The translations under genes and the position numbers were made by a program. From contig JBAYWK010000002.1 in the NCBI GenBank assembly GCA_041674105.1, positions 79,411 through 143,410 on the forward strand: DNA of 64,000 nt. The letters run 5' to 3'. Below, piece after piece: positions 47,860-58,315 of this stretch (positions within the stretch are counted from its first letter, which is position 1; each line of letters begins with the position of its first letter). The DNA is from Minisyncoccota bacterium (GTDB taxonomy: Bacteria > Patescibacteriota > Minisyncoccia > Phycocordibacterales > DATDWN01). Below the pieces are notes generated by a model. That model was given only the letters and a program-made list of their open reading frames with translations, had not been told where the DNA came from and made no database searches.

Positions 47860-48383
47860 AACTTTTTTAAAATCATACCATAATGATGAGCTCCAGCTCT
47901 TATTTCTCTATCTAAATGAAAACCACCTTCTTCAAACATTTCTAAAGCTACATTTCTCTGAACAATATCCTCTGGCCTAGGTCCTATACCGCTAAAAGAG
48001 TCCGTCCAATCTACAACTAATACACGACCACTTGGCTTAAGTATTCTTTTCACTTCTTGTATAACTCCTCTTTTATCCTCCGCCTGAAACAAAACATTGC
48101 ATATTAGAGCAAAATCTATAGAACCTTCCCTCAGGTGAGTTCCTCCAACTTTCTCTATATCGCCCCAAACAACCTCTACATTGTATAATCCTTCTTTGGA
48201 AGCGTTATTTTTTAATTTGGTCAAAAGTTCTTTTTGAGCATCCACCGCGTAGACTGTTCCTGTAGAAATCAGTGCTTTAGAGGCGGCAATAGTATAAAAC
48301 CCTGAACCGGCTCCAAGGTCAGCAATCTCCATACCAGCTTGAATACCACATTGATCTATATTTTTTTGAGGGTCAGAAAACAT
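47856..48383 (-). CDS. class I SAM-dependent methyltransferase
   Basis: motif I ADLGAGSGFYTIAASK, motif post-I VYAVD, ILKPSGRVLVVD; 4-bp overlap with downstream gene. Confidence 0.75.
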   Translation of the reverse strand: MFSDPQKNIDQCGIQAGMEIADLGAGSGFYTIAASKALISTGTVYAVDAQKELLTKLKNNASKEGLYNVEVVWGDIEKVGGTHLREGSIDFALICNVLFQAEDKRGVIQEVKRILKPSGRVLVVDWTDSFSGIGPRPEDIVQRNVALEMFEEGGFHLDREIRAGAHHYGMILKKL

Positions 48384-48518
48384 ACAACTTTATTGTACTA
48401 TGTTATTTTTTAATATCAAAGAAAGAAATACACATTTTTAATAAATACCAAAAACTTTATTGACTTATCATAATTTTGAAGAAAAACCTCATCTCACTAT
48501 ATCTTAATAAATACCAAC

Positions 48519-48657
48519 CATTTCAAACCGTCCTCGCTTTTTATAAAACAACTCGCTCGTCACTGGCCTCCCGCCAAACTCGCTTCGCTCAAACAGTGTC
48601 TCCGGCTGGCGTTCCTCATTGTTGTTTTAGCTAAAAATCTGCGAATGGTTTGAAATG
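48519..48657 (+). mobile_element. MITE-like repeat (family C) with 11-bp terminal inverted repeats, downstream of gyrA
   Basis: CATTTCAAACC...GGTTTGAAATG termini; internal sequence CCTCCCGCCAAACTCGCTTCGCTCAAACAGTGTCTCCGGCTGGCG...TTGTTTTAGCTAAAAATCTGCGAATG shared with 60060-60269. Confidence 0.6.
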
Positions 48658-48856
48658 TCTGGTATTAAAAACTAAAAGACTTGAAAAGCCTCTCGGGACA
48701 ACACATTTCTGGAGCCTCCGTAAGCCTTGAGTATGGTTTCGTCAAGGCATTCCGTTCTTGACGAAACAAGGCCAAGAACAGCTGAACAAACTCGCTGGAG
48801 CTTGTGAGGGTGCGACAGAAGTGTGTTGAGGAGGAAGAAGTTTTTGAGAAAAATAT

Positions 48857-51331
48857 TTACAAACAAATAAGTGAAGCAATGGAATCCCCTTCACGAAGCT
48901 TCATTACACGAACTCCTTGAGTTTGTCTACCTAAAACAGGGATTTCTTTTCCATCTACACGAATGACCTGAGATTTTTTAGATATAGCCACTATTTCAGC
49001 TTCTTCACTATCAAATATTTTGGCTGAAATAAGAAGTCCTGTTTTAGAAGTTACTTTTGCTGTTTTTATTCCAGAACCACTGCGTTTTTGTATTTTATAT
49101 TCGTCTACATCTGTTCTTTTTCCATACCCATTTAGAGATATAACCATAAGAGTTGGATTGTTTGATTCTTTCAAGACAACTTCCGAAGCAATAACGTAGT
49201 CACCTTTGGAAAGTTTTATACCTCTAACACCCATAGCAGTTCTTCCCATTTCTCTAATATCAGATTCTTTAAAGTGTATAGATTGTCCTTTGGCGGTCAC
49301 TATTATGTTTGTATCTCCTTTTTTAACAAAAGAAGCGGATATCAGAGCATCTCCATCATCTAGCTTTATAGCTATAATTCCAGATATTCTAACATCATGA
49401 AAACTAGCAGCAGATACTTTTTTAGCTACACCTTGTTTTGTAACCATAATAAGTGAAGAATCAGATTTCTTGATCTCCTTTGGCATAGGCAATATAGAAG
49501 TTATATTCTCTCCTTCGGCTAAAGGTAGGAAATTCATAACGGACTTACCTTTTGTTGCTCTTCTACCCTCGGGAATATCATACATTTTTGTCTGATAAGC
49601 TTTACCTTTATCTGTGAAAAACAAGAGGTCGCTGTGTGTACTTGTTATAAGCAAATCTGTCACAAAATCCTCTTCTTTTGTATCCAGATCAACCACCCCA
49701 ACACCTCCACGCTTTTGTTTTCTAAATTCATCTGGGTTTGTACGCTTTATATACCCTCCCGCTGTCAAAACAAGAGCATTTTCTTCATCTGGTATAAGAT
49801 CTTCTACAGAGAGAACCTGAACTCCACCTTTTATGATCTTTGTTCTCCTTTCATCACCATATTTTTCTTTTATTTCCTCTGATTCTTTTTTAATTATAGA
49901 AATTATCCTTTTTACACTTCCTAAAATAGATTTTAACTCTTCTATAAGCAACTGTATTGCTTTCAAATCATCTTCTATTTTTTTTCTTTCAAGGCCAGCA
50001 AGTCTCTGGAGTCTCATCTCTAAAATAGCTGTAGCTTGAATAGGGGAAAACTTAAATTCTTTTATCAAATTTTTGTGTGCTTCTTCCGTGTCTTTTGAAG
50101 ACTTGATTAGTTTTATTATTCTATCTATATGGTCTAAAGCTTTCTTTAAACCGAGTAAAATATGCTCTTTTTCCAGGGCTTTCTTTAGATCAAATTCCGT
50201 CCTACGACGAACAACATCTTTTCTGTGTATTATAAACTGCTCTAAAATATCTTTTAGAGACAAAGTCTTAGGAATACCATCTACCAAAGCCACTGTGTTG
50301 TAGTGAAAAGTCTCTTCTAGCTGTGTGTGCTTATACAAATAATTTAAAACTGTCTGTGGGTGTGCGGTCCCTTTTAAGTCAATAACAATGCGAATATCTT
50401 TTGCAGATTCATCCCTTAGACCTTTTACACCTTCTAGTTTCTTCTCTTGAACAAGCCCGGCAATTCTTTCAATAAGAGTAGCTTTGTTTACACGAAAAGG
50501 AATAGAAGTGATAACAATTTGAAATTGGCCAGATTTATTTTCTACAGCTTCAGCAACACCCCTGACTACCACACCACCTTTTCCGTTGGCATAAGCATGA
50601 GCAATATCTTTTTGATTGAAAGCTATTCCGCCAATAGGAAAATCTGGTCCTTTTATAAATTGAAGCAGATCTTCTGTAGTAGCTTCTGGGTTGTCTACCA
50701 AAAAACAAACAGCATCCATAACCTCTACTAGATTATGCGGAGGTATGTTTGTAGCCATACCCACAGCAATTCCAAGTGTTCCATTTAACAAAAGGTTTGG
50801 AACAGCTGTCGGCAAAACTCTCGGCTCTTTTTTTGTACCATCATAATTTGGAGTAAAATCTACAGTATCTTTTTCAATATCTCGCAAAAGCTCAGAAGCA
50901 AGGCGAGCCATTTTGGCTTCTGTGTACCTATAAGCAGCCGCGTTGTCACCATCAATAGAACCAAAGTTTCCTTGGCCTATAATAAGAGGGTAACGCATAG
51001 TAAAATCCTGAGCCATTTTTACCATTGAGTCATAAACAGCCACATCTCCATGCGGGTGGTAATCTCCAATAACAGAACCGACAACTGTCGCTGACTTCCT
51101 AGTCTTACTTGAAATAGTAAGACCATGCTCATTCATTGCATAAAGTATTCTCCTGTGCACAGGTTTTAGCCCATCACGAACATCCGGCAGAGCACGATCT
51201 GTGATGACAGACATAGCGTAGTCAATAAATGACCTCTTCATTTCGTCAGTGATTTCTTGAGAAATCACATTTTTTCTTTCAGGAATCATTGATTCGCCTT
51301 TGGTAGAATTGTCTGTATCTTTTTTTGCCAT
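48857..51331 (-). CDS. gyrA: DNA gyrase subunit A
   Basis: 824 aa; active-site region [11 protein letters not shown] (Tyr), [14 protein letters not shown]-like segment, C-terminal beta-pinwheel repeats. Confidence 0.9.
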   Translation of the reverse strand: MAKKDTDNSTKGESMIPERKNVISQEITDEMKRSFIDYAMSVITDRALPDVRDGLKPVHRRILYAMNEHGLTISSKTRKSATVVGSVIGDYHPHGDVAVYDSMVKMAQDFTMRYPLIIGQGNFGSIDGDNAAAYRYTEAKMARLASELLRDIEKDTVDFTPNYDGTKKEPRVLPTAVPNLLLNGTLGIAVGMATNIPPHNLVEVMDAVCFLVDNPEATTEDLLQFIKGPDFPIGGIAFNQKDIAHAYANGKGGVVVRGVAEAVENKSGQFQIVITSIPFRVNKATLIERIAGLVQEKKLEGVKGLRDESAKDIRIVIDLKGTAHPQTVLNYLYKHTQLEETFHYNTVALVDGIPKTLSLKDILEQFIIHRKDVVRRRTEFDLKKALEKEHILLGLKKALDHIDRIIKLIKSSKDTEEAHKNLIKEFKFSPIQATAILEMRLQRLAGLERKKIEDDLKAIQLLIEELKSILGSVKRIISIIKKESEEIKEKYGDERRTKIIKGGVQVLSVEDLIPDEENALVLTAGGYIKRTNPDEFRKQKRGGVGVVDLDTKEEDFVTDLLITSTHSDLLFFTDKGKAYQTKMYDIPEGRRATKGKSVMNFLPLAEGENITSILPMPKEIKKSDSSLIMVTKQGVAKKVSAASFHDVRISGIIAIKLDDGDALISASFVKKGDTNIIVTAKGQSIHFKESDIREMGRTAMGVRGIKLSKGDYVIASEVVLKESNNPTLMVISLNGYGKRTDVDEYKIQKRSGSGIKTAKVTSKTGLLISAKIFDSEEAEIVAISKKSQVIRVDGKEIPVLGRQTQGVRVMKLREGDSIASLICL

Positions 51332-51376
51332 ATTTCCTTCTATTATATCATATTAGACCAAAAATTGGTAGCGATT

Positions 51377-51817
51377 TTAATTGGAATTATTAGTATTAAT
51401 CGCTCCTTGTGTCGTTGTAGATAAGTCATTTTCCCCTTCTATTTGTATGGTACTAGAAGCCGTAGAAGATGAAGAAAGAGTGTCTTGTCCCAAAATCTCA
51501 TCAGTCTTATTTGTGGTAGAAGTTGAATAATAATAATTTTCTATATTATTACTTAAATCTGAAACTGTTTTACCAAGATTTCCATAACTTTCTTCTAAAG
51601 AACGGAATCCCTCCCACATATTACCCAAAAAAGCATTGGCTGGAGTTGGATCTTTTCTGATCTCAGCTTTTTTCTTACCCATATCTCTGACATCTGGATA
51701 AATAACAGAGAGCCATACAACAAAAATCAATCCTACCACAAGAAAAGAAACTAGAATTGAAAATCTTTTTTTATAAGAATCTGGTTTTTTCCTTAAATTA
51801 TCTAAATAATTAAACAT
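51377..51817 (-). CDS. hypothetical membrane-anchored protein with Ser/Thr-rich C-terminus
   Basis: 146 aa; TM near N-terminus; STSTTNKTD...SSSTASST low-complexity tail. Confidence 0.4.
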   Translation of the reverse strand: MFNYLDNLRKKPDSYKKRFSILVSFLVVGLIFVVWLSVIYPDVRDMGKKKAEIRKDPTPANAFLGNMWEGFRSLEESYGNLGKTVSDLSNNIENYYYSTSTTNKTDEILGQDTLSSSSTASSTIQIEGENDLSTTTQGAINTNNSN

Positions 51818-51838
51818 AATATAAGAAATTTAACATAC

Positions 51839-52480
51839 TTAAACACTGGATGTTATAATCATAATGTCTCCTCCTCTACCTTCCAAATCTTTCTTCTTTA
51901 GAGTTAGTTTGTCCATTTCCTCGGCTTTTTCAGCTCCAGCTTCTTTCAAAAAAGTTTTTAAGGCTTTATCATCCCCTATTCCTTCAAAATGACTCGGAAT
52001 AATAATTTTTGGTTCAAACTGAACAGCTATTTTACGAGCCAAAGAAGGTGACAGGACACCGTCTCCACCAATCGGAACAAAGAGAACATCCATACTATCC
52101 ATTTCTTCAGTCATCTTTTCTGGTATTTTTTCATCTAACATAGCTCCCAAAAAACACAAATTCATTCCTTCTAAGTTCACACTATATATAGTATTAATTC
52201 TTTTCTGTCCGCCATACTCAGAACTCGTAGCATAACCTTTTATAAAAATACCAGAGACTTCATACTCACCAGGACCTGAAATTATAAAAGATTCTTTATC
52301 GCCTCTAGAAGTAGCATCACTACCATTATGTTCTGGAGAATCAATAAGGGAAATAAGAGTTATATCGCTCCCAAAACGAGAGCTTTTGTACTTTGAATCT
52401 TTTGAGATAGGGTTTACAGCTAAAGTTATATCTCCAAAAGAAACCTTAAAAAAATCTACTCCATGGTGTGTAATTATCAT
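51839..52480 (-). CDS. metallo-beta-lactamase-fold hydrolase
   Basis: start at MIITHHG; His-cluster THHGVDFF and MBL fold-wide pattern. Confidence 0.6.
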   Translation of the reverse strand: MIITHHGVDFFKVSFGDITLAVNPISKDSKYKSSRFGSDITLISLIDSPEHNGSDATSRGDKESFIISGPGEYEVSGIFIKGYATSSEYGGQKRINTIYSVNLEGMNLCFLGAMLDEKIPEKMTEEMDSMDVLFVPIGGDGVLSPSLARKIAVQFEPKIIIPSHFEGIGDDKALKTFLKEAGAEKAEEMDKLTLKKKDLEGRGGDIMIITSSV

Positions 52481-52703
52481 AGTTACAAGATTATAGCACA
52501 ACCTGAAACAGATAAAAAAGAGAAAAATAAAAATTACAAAATTGCTAAAGATACAAATATATGTATAATACTTACCTGTATATTATAAGCATGCAATAAG
52601 CGCTAAACTTCTCTCACCTACCAAATGTAGACCGTGAGTCCTAATCTATCAATTATGGTAGAAAGCACTCCGAGATAAGCCGTTTATAGCAATATACAAT
52701 CTA

Positions 52704-53855
52704 ATGGCTAAAACAATAGAAGAAGAAAAAGATTTAGAAGTAGCAGAAGAGATAAAACCTAAAAAAGAAGGTTTTATGTCAAAAATGATTAACTCTACTG
52801 GCACACCACCATCTGTGGAAGATGTTATAGAGGGAGTCGTTATTGGTATTGAAAAATCATCTGTATATATAGACATACCACCTTTTGGCACAGGTATTAT
52901 ATACGGAAGAGAATTTATAAACGCTAGAGATATAATAAAAAAGATAAATGTCGGAGACTCTGTTGCCGGCAAGGTTGTCAGTATCTCAAACAAAGATGGT
53001 TATATAGAAATTTCTCTAAAAGAAGCTCGCCAGGCCCTTATTTGGGGTGAAGCAGAAGAGGCTATCAGAGAAAAAAGAATATACGAGATTCCTGTCCAAG
53101 AAGCAAACAAAGGAGGACTGCTCCTTTCATGGCAAGGTATATCTGGTTTTCTTCCAGCATCACAACTAAAGACAGAACATTATCCTAGAGTTGCCGATGG
53201 GGATAAAGACAGGATTTTAGAAGAACTTAGAAAATTGGTTGGTCAAAAAATATCAGTTTCTATAATAGGAGCTTCTCCAAAAGAAGGAAAACTTATATTC
53301 TCTGAGAAGAATCCTGAACAAAAAAGCAAAGAACATATAATAGATAGATACGAAGTTGGAGATACTGTCACAGGAGAAGTCACAGGAATGGTTGATTTTG
53401 GAGTATTTATAAAACTAGAAGAAGGCCTAGAAGGGCTTGTTCACATTTCTGAAATAGACTGGGCTTTAGTTGAAAATCCAAAACTATTGTTTAGAATCGG
53501 AGAGAAAATAAAAGTTAAAATAATAGAAATAAAAGACGGAAAAATATCACTTTCTATAAAAGCTTTGAAAGAAAATCCTTGGGGTGAAGCCGAAAAGAAA
53601 TATAAAAAAGATGATATTGTGGATGGAGTTATAATAAAATTCAATAAACATGGAGCTTTAGCTTCTATTGAAGAAGGTGTAGCTGGGCTTGTTCACATTT
53701 CAGAATTCGGTAGTGAAGAAAAAGTAAAAAGTACACTTGAACTTGGTAAAAGCTATAAGTTTAAAATAACTTTGTTTGAACCAAAAGAACAAAAAATGAC
53801 TTTATCCTATGTAGATCCTAATAAAAAAGAGGAAGCTGTAGAAGAAATAAAATAA
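52704..53855 (+). CDS. rpsA: 30S ribosomal protein S1 (four S1 domains)
   Basis: 383 aa; repeated S1 OB-fold units (GxV.G.V....GxFV.l..GleGL.HISE). Confidence 0.85.
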   Translation: MAKTIEEEKDLEVAEEIKPKKEGFMSKMINSTGTPPSVEDVIEGVVIGIEKSSVYIDIPPFGTGIIYGREFINARDIIKKINVGDSVAGKVVSISNKDGYIEISLKEARQALIWGEAEEAIREKRIYEIPVQEANKGGLLLSWQGISGFLPASQLKTEHYPRVADGDKDRILEELRKLVGQKISVSIIGASPKEGKLIFSEKNPEQKSKEHIIDRYEVGDTVTGEVTGMVDFGVFIKLEEGLEGLVHISEIDWALVENPKLLFRIGEKIKVKIIEIKDGKISLSIKALKENPWGEAEKKYKKDDIVDGVIIKFNKHGALASIEEGVAGLVHISEFGSEEKVKSTLELGKSYKFKITLFEPKEQKMTLSYVDPNKKEEAVEEIK

Positions 53856-53861
53856 AACTAA

Positions 53862-53882
53862 AAAACACCGAAAGGTGTTTTT
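53862..53882. terminator. bidirectional terminator between rpsA and pth
   Basis: AAAACACCGAAAGGTGTTTT. Confidence 0.55.
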
Positions 53883-54469
53883 TAATTAAACTCGGTCATT
53901 GTTTTTTCCAATCCAAATTCCACTAGATTCACTAAAGCTTCGGATACTTTTTTTGATTTCTTTTTTAAAACCTTAATTTCATCAGGACTAAATTTTCCTA
54001 ATATGAATTTCATTACTTTTTCTTCACCTGTTGGTTTTTTTATTTTTCCAGTTGGGGTTTTTGGAGATATTCCTATTCTAATTCTCGTAAAATTCTTTGT
54101 TTTGATTGATTTTATTATAGACTCCAGTCCTCTGTGTCCTCCTGAAGATCTATTGTGAGAAACTTTTTCTTTATCAAAAGGTAAGTCAAGGTCATCGTAA
54201 ATAACCACGAGTTTTTCTGCTTTTTTAGGATTATTCACTAAATCTTTTAGTGCTTTACCAGAATTATTCATAAAAGTATCTGGTAAAACTAAAGTCACGG
54301 GACTTTTACCTATTTTGGTTTTTGCTACCTGAGCATTTATTTTTTTATCGTAAACAAAAGAGGTTTTTTTGTCTTCAGCAAACCAGCTAAGCATCATCTT
54401 GCCTACATTATGACGAGTATTTTCATATTCTTCTCCAGGATTTCCTAGACCAACAAATATGTAAGACAT
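53882..54469 (-). CDS. pth: peptidyl-tRNA hydrolase
   Basis: MSYIFVGLGNPGEEYENTRHNVG N-terminal Pth signature. Confidence 0.85.
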   Translation of the reverse strand: MSYIFVGLGNPGEEYENTRHNVGKMMLSWFAEDKKTSFVYDKKINAQVAKTKIGKSPVTLVLPDTFMNNSGKALKDLVNNPKKAEKLVVIYDDLDLPFDKEKVSHNRSSGGHRGLESIIKSIKTKNFTRIRIGISPKTPTGKIKKPTGEEKVMKFILGKFSPDEIKVLKKKSKKVSEALVNLVEFGLEKTMTEFN

Positions 54470-54553
54470 TTGAGAAATATCATATCATAAAAAAAAATAT
54501 ATACAATGCAAAAAGATATTGTGTCAACCGAAGATTGTCTGTATACTATCTGA

Positions 54554-55159
54554 ATGAATGAAGAATTAAATACTTCTCAAAATACTCCTCTACCAAAGAA
54601 AGAAAAGATAACTCTGAAATCTATCTTAAAAGAAATCATTATCTTTTCTGTTATAGCTTTTGGAATAGTATTGCCTTTTAGATATTTCATAGCTGAACCT
54701 TATGTTGTCTCAGGTGAATCAATGAGTCCTACTTTTGAATCAGGTGACTACCTTATAGTAGAAAAAATTTCCGTAAAGAACGGCGGTCCAGAACGCGATG
54801 ATGTTATAGTTTTTAACTTCCCTGACCCAAATAATAGTATTCAAGGTGAAAGAAATTTAATAAAAAGAGTAATCGGCTTACCTGGAGAAACCCTAACTAT
54901 GGACGGAACAAAAATAACTATCAAAAATGACTCTAACCCAGATGGTTTCGTTTTACCAGAAACTTATATTGTAAACCAATCTCCTAGTAGCTTTACTGTG
55001 ACACTTGGAGCTGATGAATATTTTGTTATGGGAGATAATAGACCAAAAAGTTATGATTCTAGATCTTGGGGAACCTTAAATGAAAAAGAAATTGTAGGTA
55101 AGCCGTTGTTTAGACTCCTACCTTTTCAAAAAATCAGTTTAAAACCAGGTCACATATAA
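54554..55159 (+). CDS. lepB: signal peptidase I
   Basis: N-terminal TM, catalytic Ser box GESMSPTF, Lys box, box E GDNRPKSYDSRSWG. Confidence 0.85.
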   Translation: MNEELNTSQNTPLPKKEKITLKSILKEIIIFSVIAFGIVLPFRYFIAEPYVVSGESMSPTFESGDYLIVEKISVKNGGPERDDVIVFNFPDPNNSIQGERNLIKRVIGLPGETLTMDGTKITIKNDSNPDGFVLPETYIVNQSPSSFTVTLGADEYFVMGDNRPKSYDSRSWGTLNEKEIVGKPLFRLLPFQKISLKPGHI

Positions 55160-55171
55160 AAGTAAGAAAAT

Positions 55172-56347
55172 ATGAATAACAACAAACCGGAAAAAAAATA
55201 TCTACTTACTGAGACAGATAAGGTTGGAGAAACAGCTATTCAATATGGTTTTACAGGAATAATCCCTCCGACAATAACACCAGATATACATAAAAAAGCT
55301 AAAACTTTTAAGGAATTTGATTTTTACGGAGATTGTGAGGAAAAAATAGCTATGCTGGATTGGTATGACGAAAAAAAGCTTTATTCTGAGCAACAACCAA
55401 TAATGGTTTTTTACAAAAAACCTCTCCAAGGAAGTGGCCAAAGGAAGAAACCAAAAGAAGATTCGTACGGTCTAGAAATAATGGGTTCAAATAGAAGTAC
55501 TAGCGAGGCTTTATGTATAAAAACTGCCATTGCAATACTAAATGACTCGGGTCATAAAGATATTTATGTAGATATAAACAGTATTGGAGACAAAGAATCT
55601 ATTTCTAAATTTGAAAAAGAGCTTCATAACTATTGCAGGAAAAATGGACAAACCCTTAACTCTAAAATAAAAAATGAAGCTAAAAAAAACATTTACTCCA
55701 TAGTCAGAGAAACATGTGAGCTTCCAGAAGGACTTCCTCAATCTATAGGATCTTTATCTGAAATAGGCAGAGCCTACTTTAAAGAAACATTGGAATATCT
55801 AGAAGCTTTTGAAGTGCCATACAAAATAAGATCTCAAATCATCAGTAATAAAATGTATTCCACCCACACAGTCTTTGAGATAAGAGCATTTTCAAATAAA
55901 AAGGAAGAAGGTGAGTTGCTGGCCTACGGTTATAGATATAACTCCCTAGCTAAAAAAATAGGATTAAAAAAGGAAATACCCTGCATAGGATGCACCTTGA
56001 TACTAAAAAATAATAAAAACACAAAGAAAGTTATAATTAAAAATATTAAAAAACCTATTTTTTATCTTGTTCAACTTGGAAATACAGCAAAATTAAAAGC
56101 TTTAAATATTGTAGAATTTTTGAGAAAAAATAAAATCCCGGTTTACCATTCTTTAACAAAAGACAAGATAACCGGACAGCTCACCGGAGCAGAATATATG
56201 CACGCTACCCATGTACTAATAATAGGACAGAAAGAAGCCATAGAAGACAGCGTAGTTGTTAGAAATATATCAAACAGAGAACAAGAAACTGTAGCCGTAA
56301 AGGATTTACCTGAATTTCTGAGAAAATTAGAGAAATTGGCTAAATAA
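55172..56347 (+). CDS. histidyl-tRNA synthetase-like protein (HisRS/HisZ-type class II core + anticodon-binding domain), motif 2 degenerate
   Basis: SIGSLSEIGRAYFKETLEYLE, HTVFEIRAF, GYRYNSLAKKIGL...PCIGCTLIL align to HisRS [20 protein letters not shown] / TVFEW / GGRYDGL...PAVGFAMGLERL; HisRS motif-2 arginines absent. Confidence 0.55.
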   Translation: MNNNKPEKKYLLTETDKVGETAIQYGFTGIIPPTITPDIHKKAKTFKEFDFYGDCEEKIAMLDWYDEKKLYSEQQPIMVFYKKPLQGSGQRKKPKEDSYGLEIMGSNRSTSEALCIKTAIAILNDSGHKDIYVDINSIGDKESISKFEKELHNYCRKNGQTLNSKIKNEAKKNIYSIVRETCELPEGLPQSIGSLSEIGRAYFKETLEYLEAFEVPYKIRSQIISNKMYSTHTVFEIRAFSNKKEEGELLAYGYRYNSLAKKIGLKKEIPCIGCTLILKNNKNTKKVIIKNIKKPIFYLVQLGNTAKLKALNIVEFLRKNKIPVYHSLTKDKITGQLTGAEYMHATHVLIIGQKEAIEDSVVVRNISNREQETVAVKDLPEFLRKLEKLAK

Positions 56348-56384
56348 CTTGAATTCAATAGTTCCCTATGTTATAGTACTCCCC

Positions 56385-56630
56385 ATGACAGTAAACGTAG
56401 AAGTAACAAAAACAGGCAACGAAAACAACCTAAACCTTATCCGCAGATTCACAAAAAGAGTCCAAGGGTCAGGTGTTTTACCCCGTGTTAGAAGTATCAG
56501 ATATTCTTCTAGAAAAGCATCTGAATATGTAAAAAAGAAAAAAGCTTTGAAAGTTTTGAAAAGAAGAGAAGAAGTGGCTGAACTTATCAAACTGGGTAAA
56601 ATGACTGAATTTAGTAGAGGAAGAAAATAA
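56385..56630 (+). CDS. rpsU: 30S ribosomal protein S21
   Basis: start at MTVNVEVTK; LIRRFTKRVQGSGVLPRVRSIRYSSRKASEYVKKKKA fits bS21 pattern; ends 1 nt before ybeY start. Confidence 0.6.
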   Translation: MTVNVEVTKTGNENNLNLIRRFTKRVQGSGVLPRVRSIRYSSRKASEYVKKKKALKVLKRREEVAELIKLGKMTEFSRGRK

Positions 56631-57019
56631 TGTCCACTTTTGAGACATTTGGAATAACAAACAAAACGAAAAGCACGCCTCCTAGCGTGCCTTTTCTGGC
56701 CATAAAAAATAAAGCTTTAGGTAAAAAATATAATCTCAGTCTAGTATTTATAGGAGAGAGAAAATCCAAAACTCTAAATAAAACTTACAGACAGAAAGAT
56801 AAATCGACAAATATATTAAGTTTTACCCTAGACAAAGATGAAGGAGAAATTTTTATAACACTAAAAAAATCTGAAAGAGATGCAAAAAAATTTGACAGAA
56901 ATTTCACAAATTTTATAGCATTTTTATTTATCCACGGTTTAATGCATTTGAAAGGATTCGATCATGGTAGTACAATGGAGAAAGCAGAGGAAAAATTGCG
57001 AAAACAATTTAGTATTTAG
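56630..57019 (+). CDS. ybeY: endoribonuclease YbeY (rRNA maturation factor)
   Basis: HGLMHLKGFDH zinc-binding H..H..G.DH motif. Confidence 0.8.
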   Translation: MSTFETFGITNKTKSTPPSVPFLAIKNKALGKKYNLSLVFIGERKSKTLNKTYRQKDKSTNILSFTLDKDEGEIFITLKKSERDAKKFDRNFTNFIAFLFIHGLMHLKGFDHGSTMEKAEEKLRKQFSI

Positions 57020-57060
57020 TGATGCACTAAATAATACCCCTCTACTTTCTTTGTTTAATT

Positions 57061-58242
57061 ATGATGCACAACATTACAGTTGGTATAGATATTGGTACCT
57101 ACCAGATAAAAGTGGTGGTAGCAGAACTCGTTAAAAACGGGAACAAAAGCGTTCCGCGTATTATTGCTACTGGACTGACAGAATCAAAAGGAATGCGTCA
57201 TGGTTATATTCTAAATGTTGCTGATGTCACAGCGAGTATAAACGCAGCAGTAGCTCAAGCAGAAAAAACAGCAGGAATAAAAATCCGAAAGGCTTTTATA
57301 GCAATAGGTGGTATTGGTCTACAAGGGATTACTTCTACTGGAAATATTGTTATTAGCAGAGCAGACTTGGAGATAACAAATTTGGATATAGATAAAGTTT
57401 CAGAAATATGCGAGCAAGATATTCCTCCCACCCTAATTCAAAACCGAAAAATACTCCACGCCATTCCTCTTTCCTATAAAATAGACGGCAAATCTGTCCC
57501 AACTAAAACACCCTTAGGAATGAAAGGTGTAAAACTGGAAGTAAAAACTCTTTTTGTTACTTGCCTTGAACCTCATCTAAACGACCTAATGCAAGCACTG
57601 GACGATGCAAATATTTATGTGTCAGATGTAATGGCCTCTCCTCTCGCTGCTAGTTTTGTAACCCTAAATAAAACCCAGAAAATTGCTGGATGTGTTTTGG
57701 CAAATATAGGTGCCGAAACTATTTCCATAGTGGTTTATGAAAATAACATCCCAATATCTTTGGAAGTTTTTCCTATCGGTTCAAACGACATTACAAACGA
57801 CATTGCTTTAGGTTTAAAAATTCCTCTTGAAGAAGCTGAAAATATAAAAATCGGTAGTGTAGGAAGCCAAAACTACCCAAAAAAGAAATTGGAGGAAATT
57901 ATAAATGCTAGACTCTCCGATATGTTTGAGCTTATAGAAAACCATTTAAAAAAGATTTCTAGAAATGGACTTTTGCCAGCCGGTATCCTTATCACAGGTG
58001 GTGGTGGAAATATTGGAACAATAGAAGATTTAGCCAAAGCAGCTCTAAAAATACCCTCTCGTATTGCAAAACTAAATTTGCCCGAACAAAAAAACAGAGT
58101 CAAAGATTCTACTTGGGCTGTGGCCTATGGACTATGCGTACTAGGTTTTTCTGATGAAGGTAAAGATACTCTTGGAAACAGAGGAAAAGCTTCTGATGCT
58201 TGGGGTAAAATAGGTAAATGGCTTAAGCAATTTCTTCCATAA
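57061..58242 (+). CDS. ftsA: cell division protein FtsA
   Basis: actin-fold N-terminus GIDIGTYQIKVVVAE, adjacent to ftsZ. Confidence 0.85.
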   Translation: MMHNITVGIDIGTYQIKVVVAELVKNGNKSVPRIIATGLTESKGMRHGYILNVADVTASINAAVAQAEKTAGIKIRKAFIAIGGIGLQGITSTGNIVISRADLEITNLDIDKVSEICEQDIPPTLIQNRKILHAIPLSYKIDGKSVPTKTPLGMKGVKLEVKTLFVTCLEPHLNDLMQALDDANIYVSDVMASPLAASFVTLNKTQKIAGCVLANIGAETISIVVYENNIPISLEVFPIGSNDITNDIALGLKIPLEEAENIKIGSVGSQNYPKKKLEEIINARLSDMFELIENHLKKISRNGLLPAGILITGGGGNIGTIEDLAKAALKIPSRIAKLNLPEQKNRVKDSTWAVAYGLCVLGFSDEGKDTLGNRGKASDAWGKIGKWLKQFLP

Positions 58243-58249
58243 AAAAACC

Positions 58250-58271
58250 GGTACCCCTTCCTTGGTACCGG
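58250..58271 (+). terminator. hairpin terminator after ftsA
   Basis: AACCGGTACC-CCTTCCTT-GGTACCGGTT followed by TTTG. Confidence 0.45.
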
Positions 58272-58315
58272 TTTTGAAAAATCCCCTCTGCGAACTTAAA
58301 TTTCCTTCCCAGATT

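Noticed and set aside
49206-50731. Several plus-strand ORFs inside gyrA
   Set aside because: Antisense to gyrA, no supporting features.
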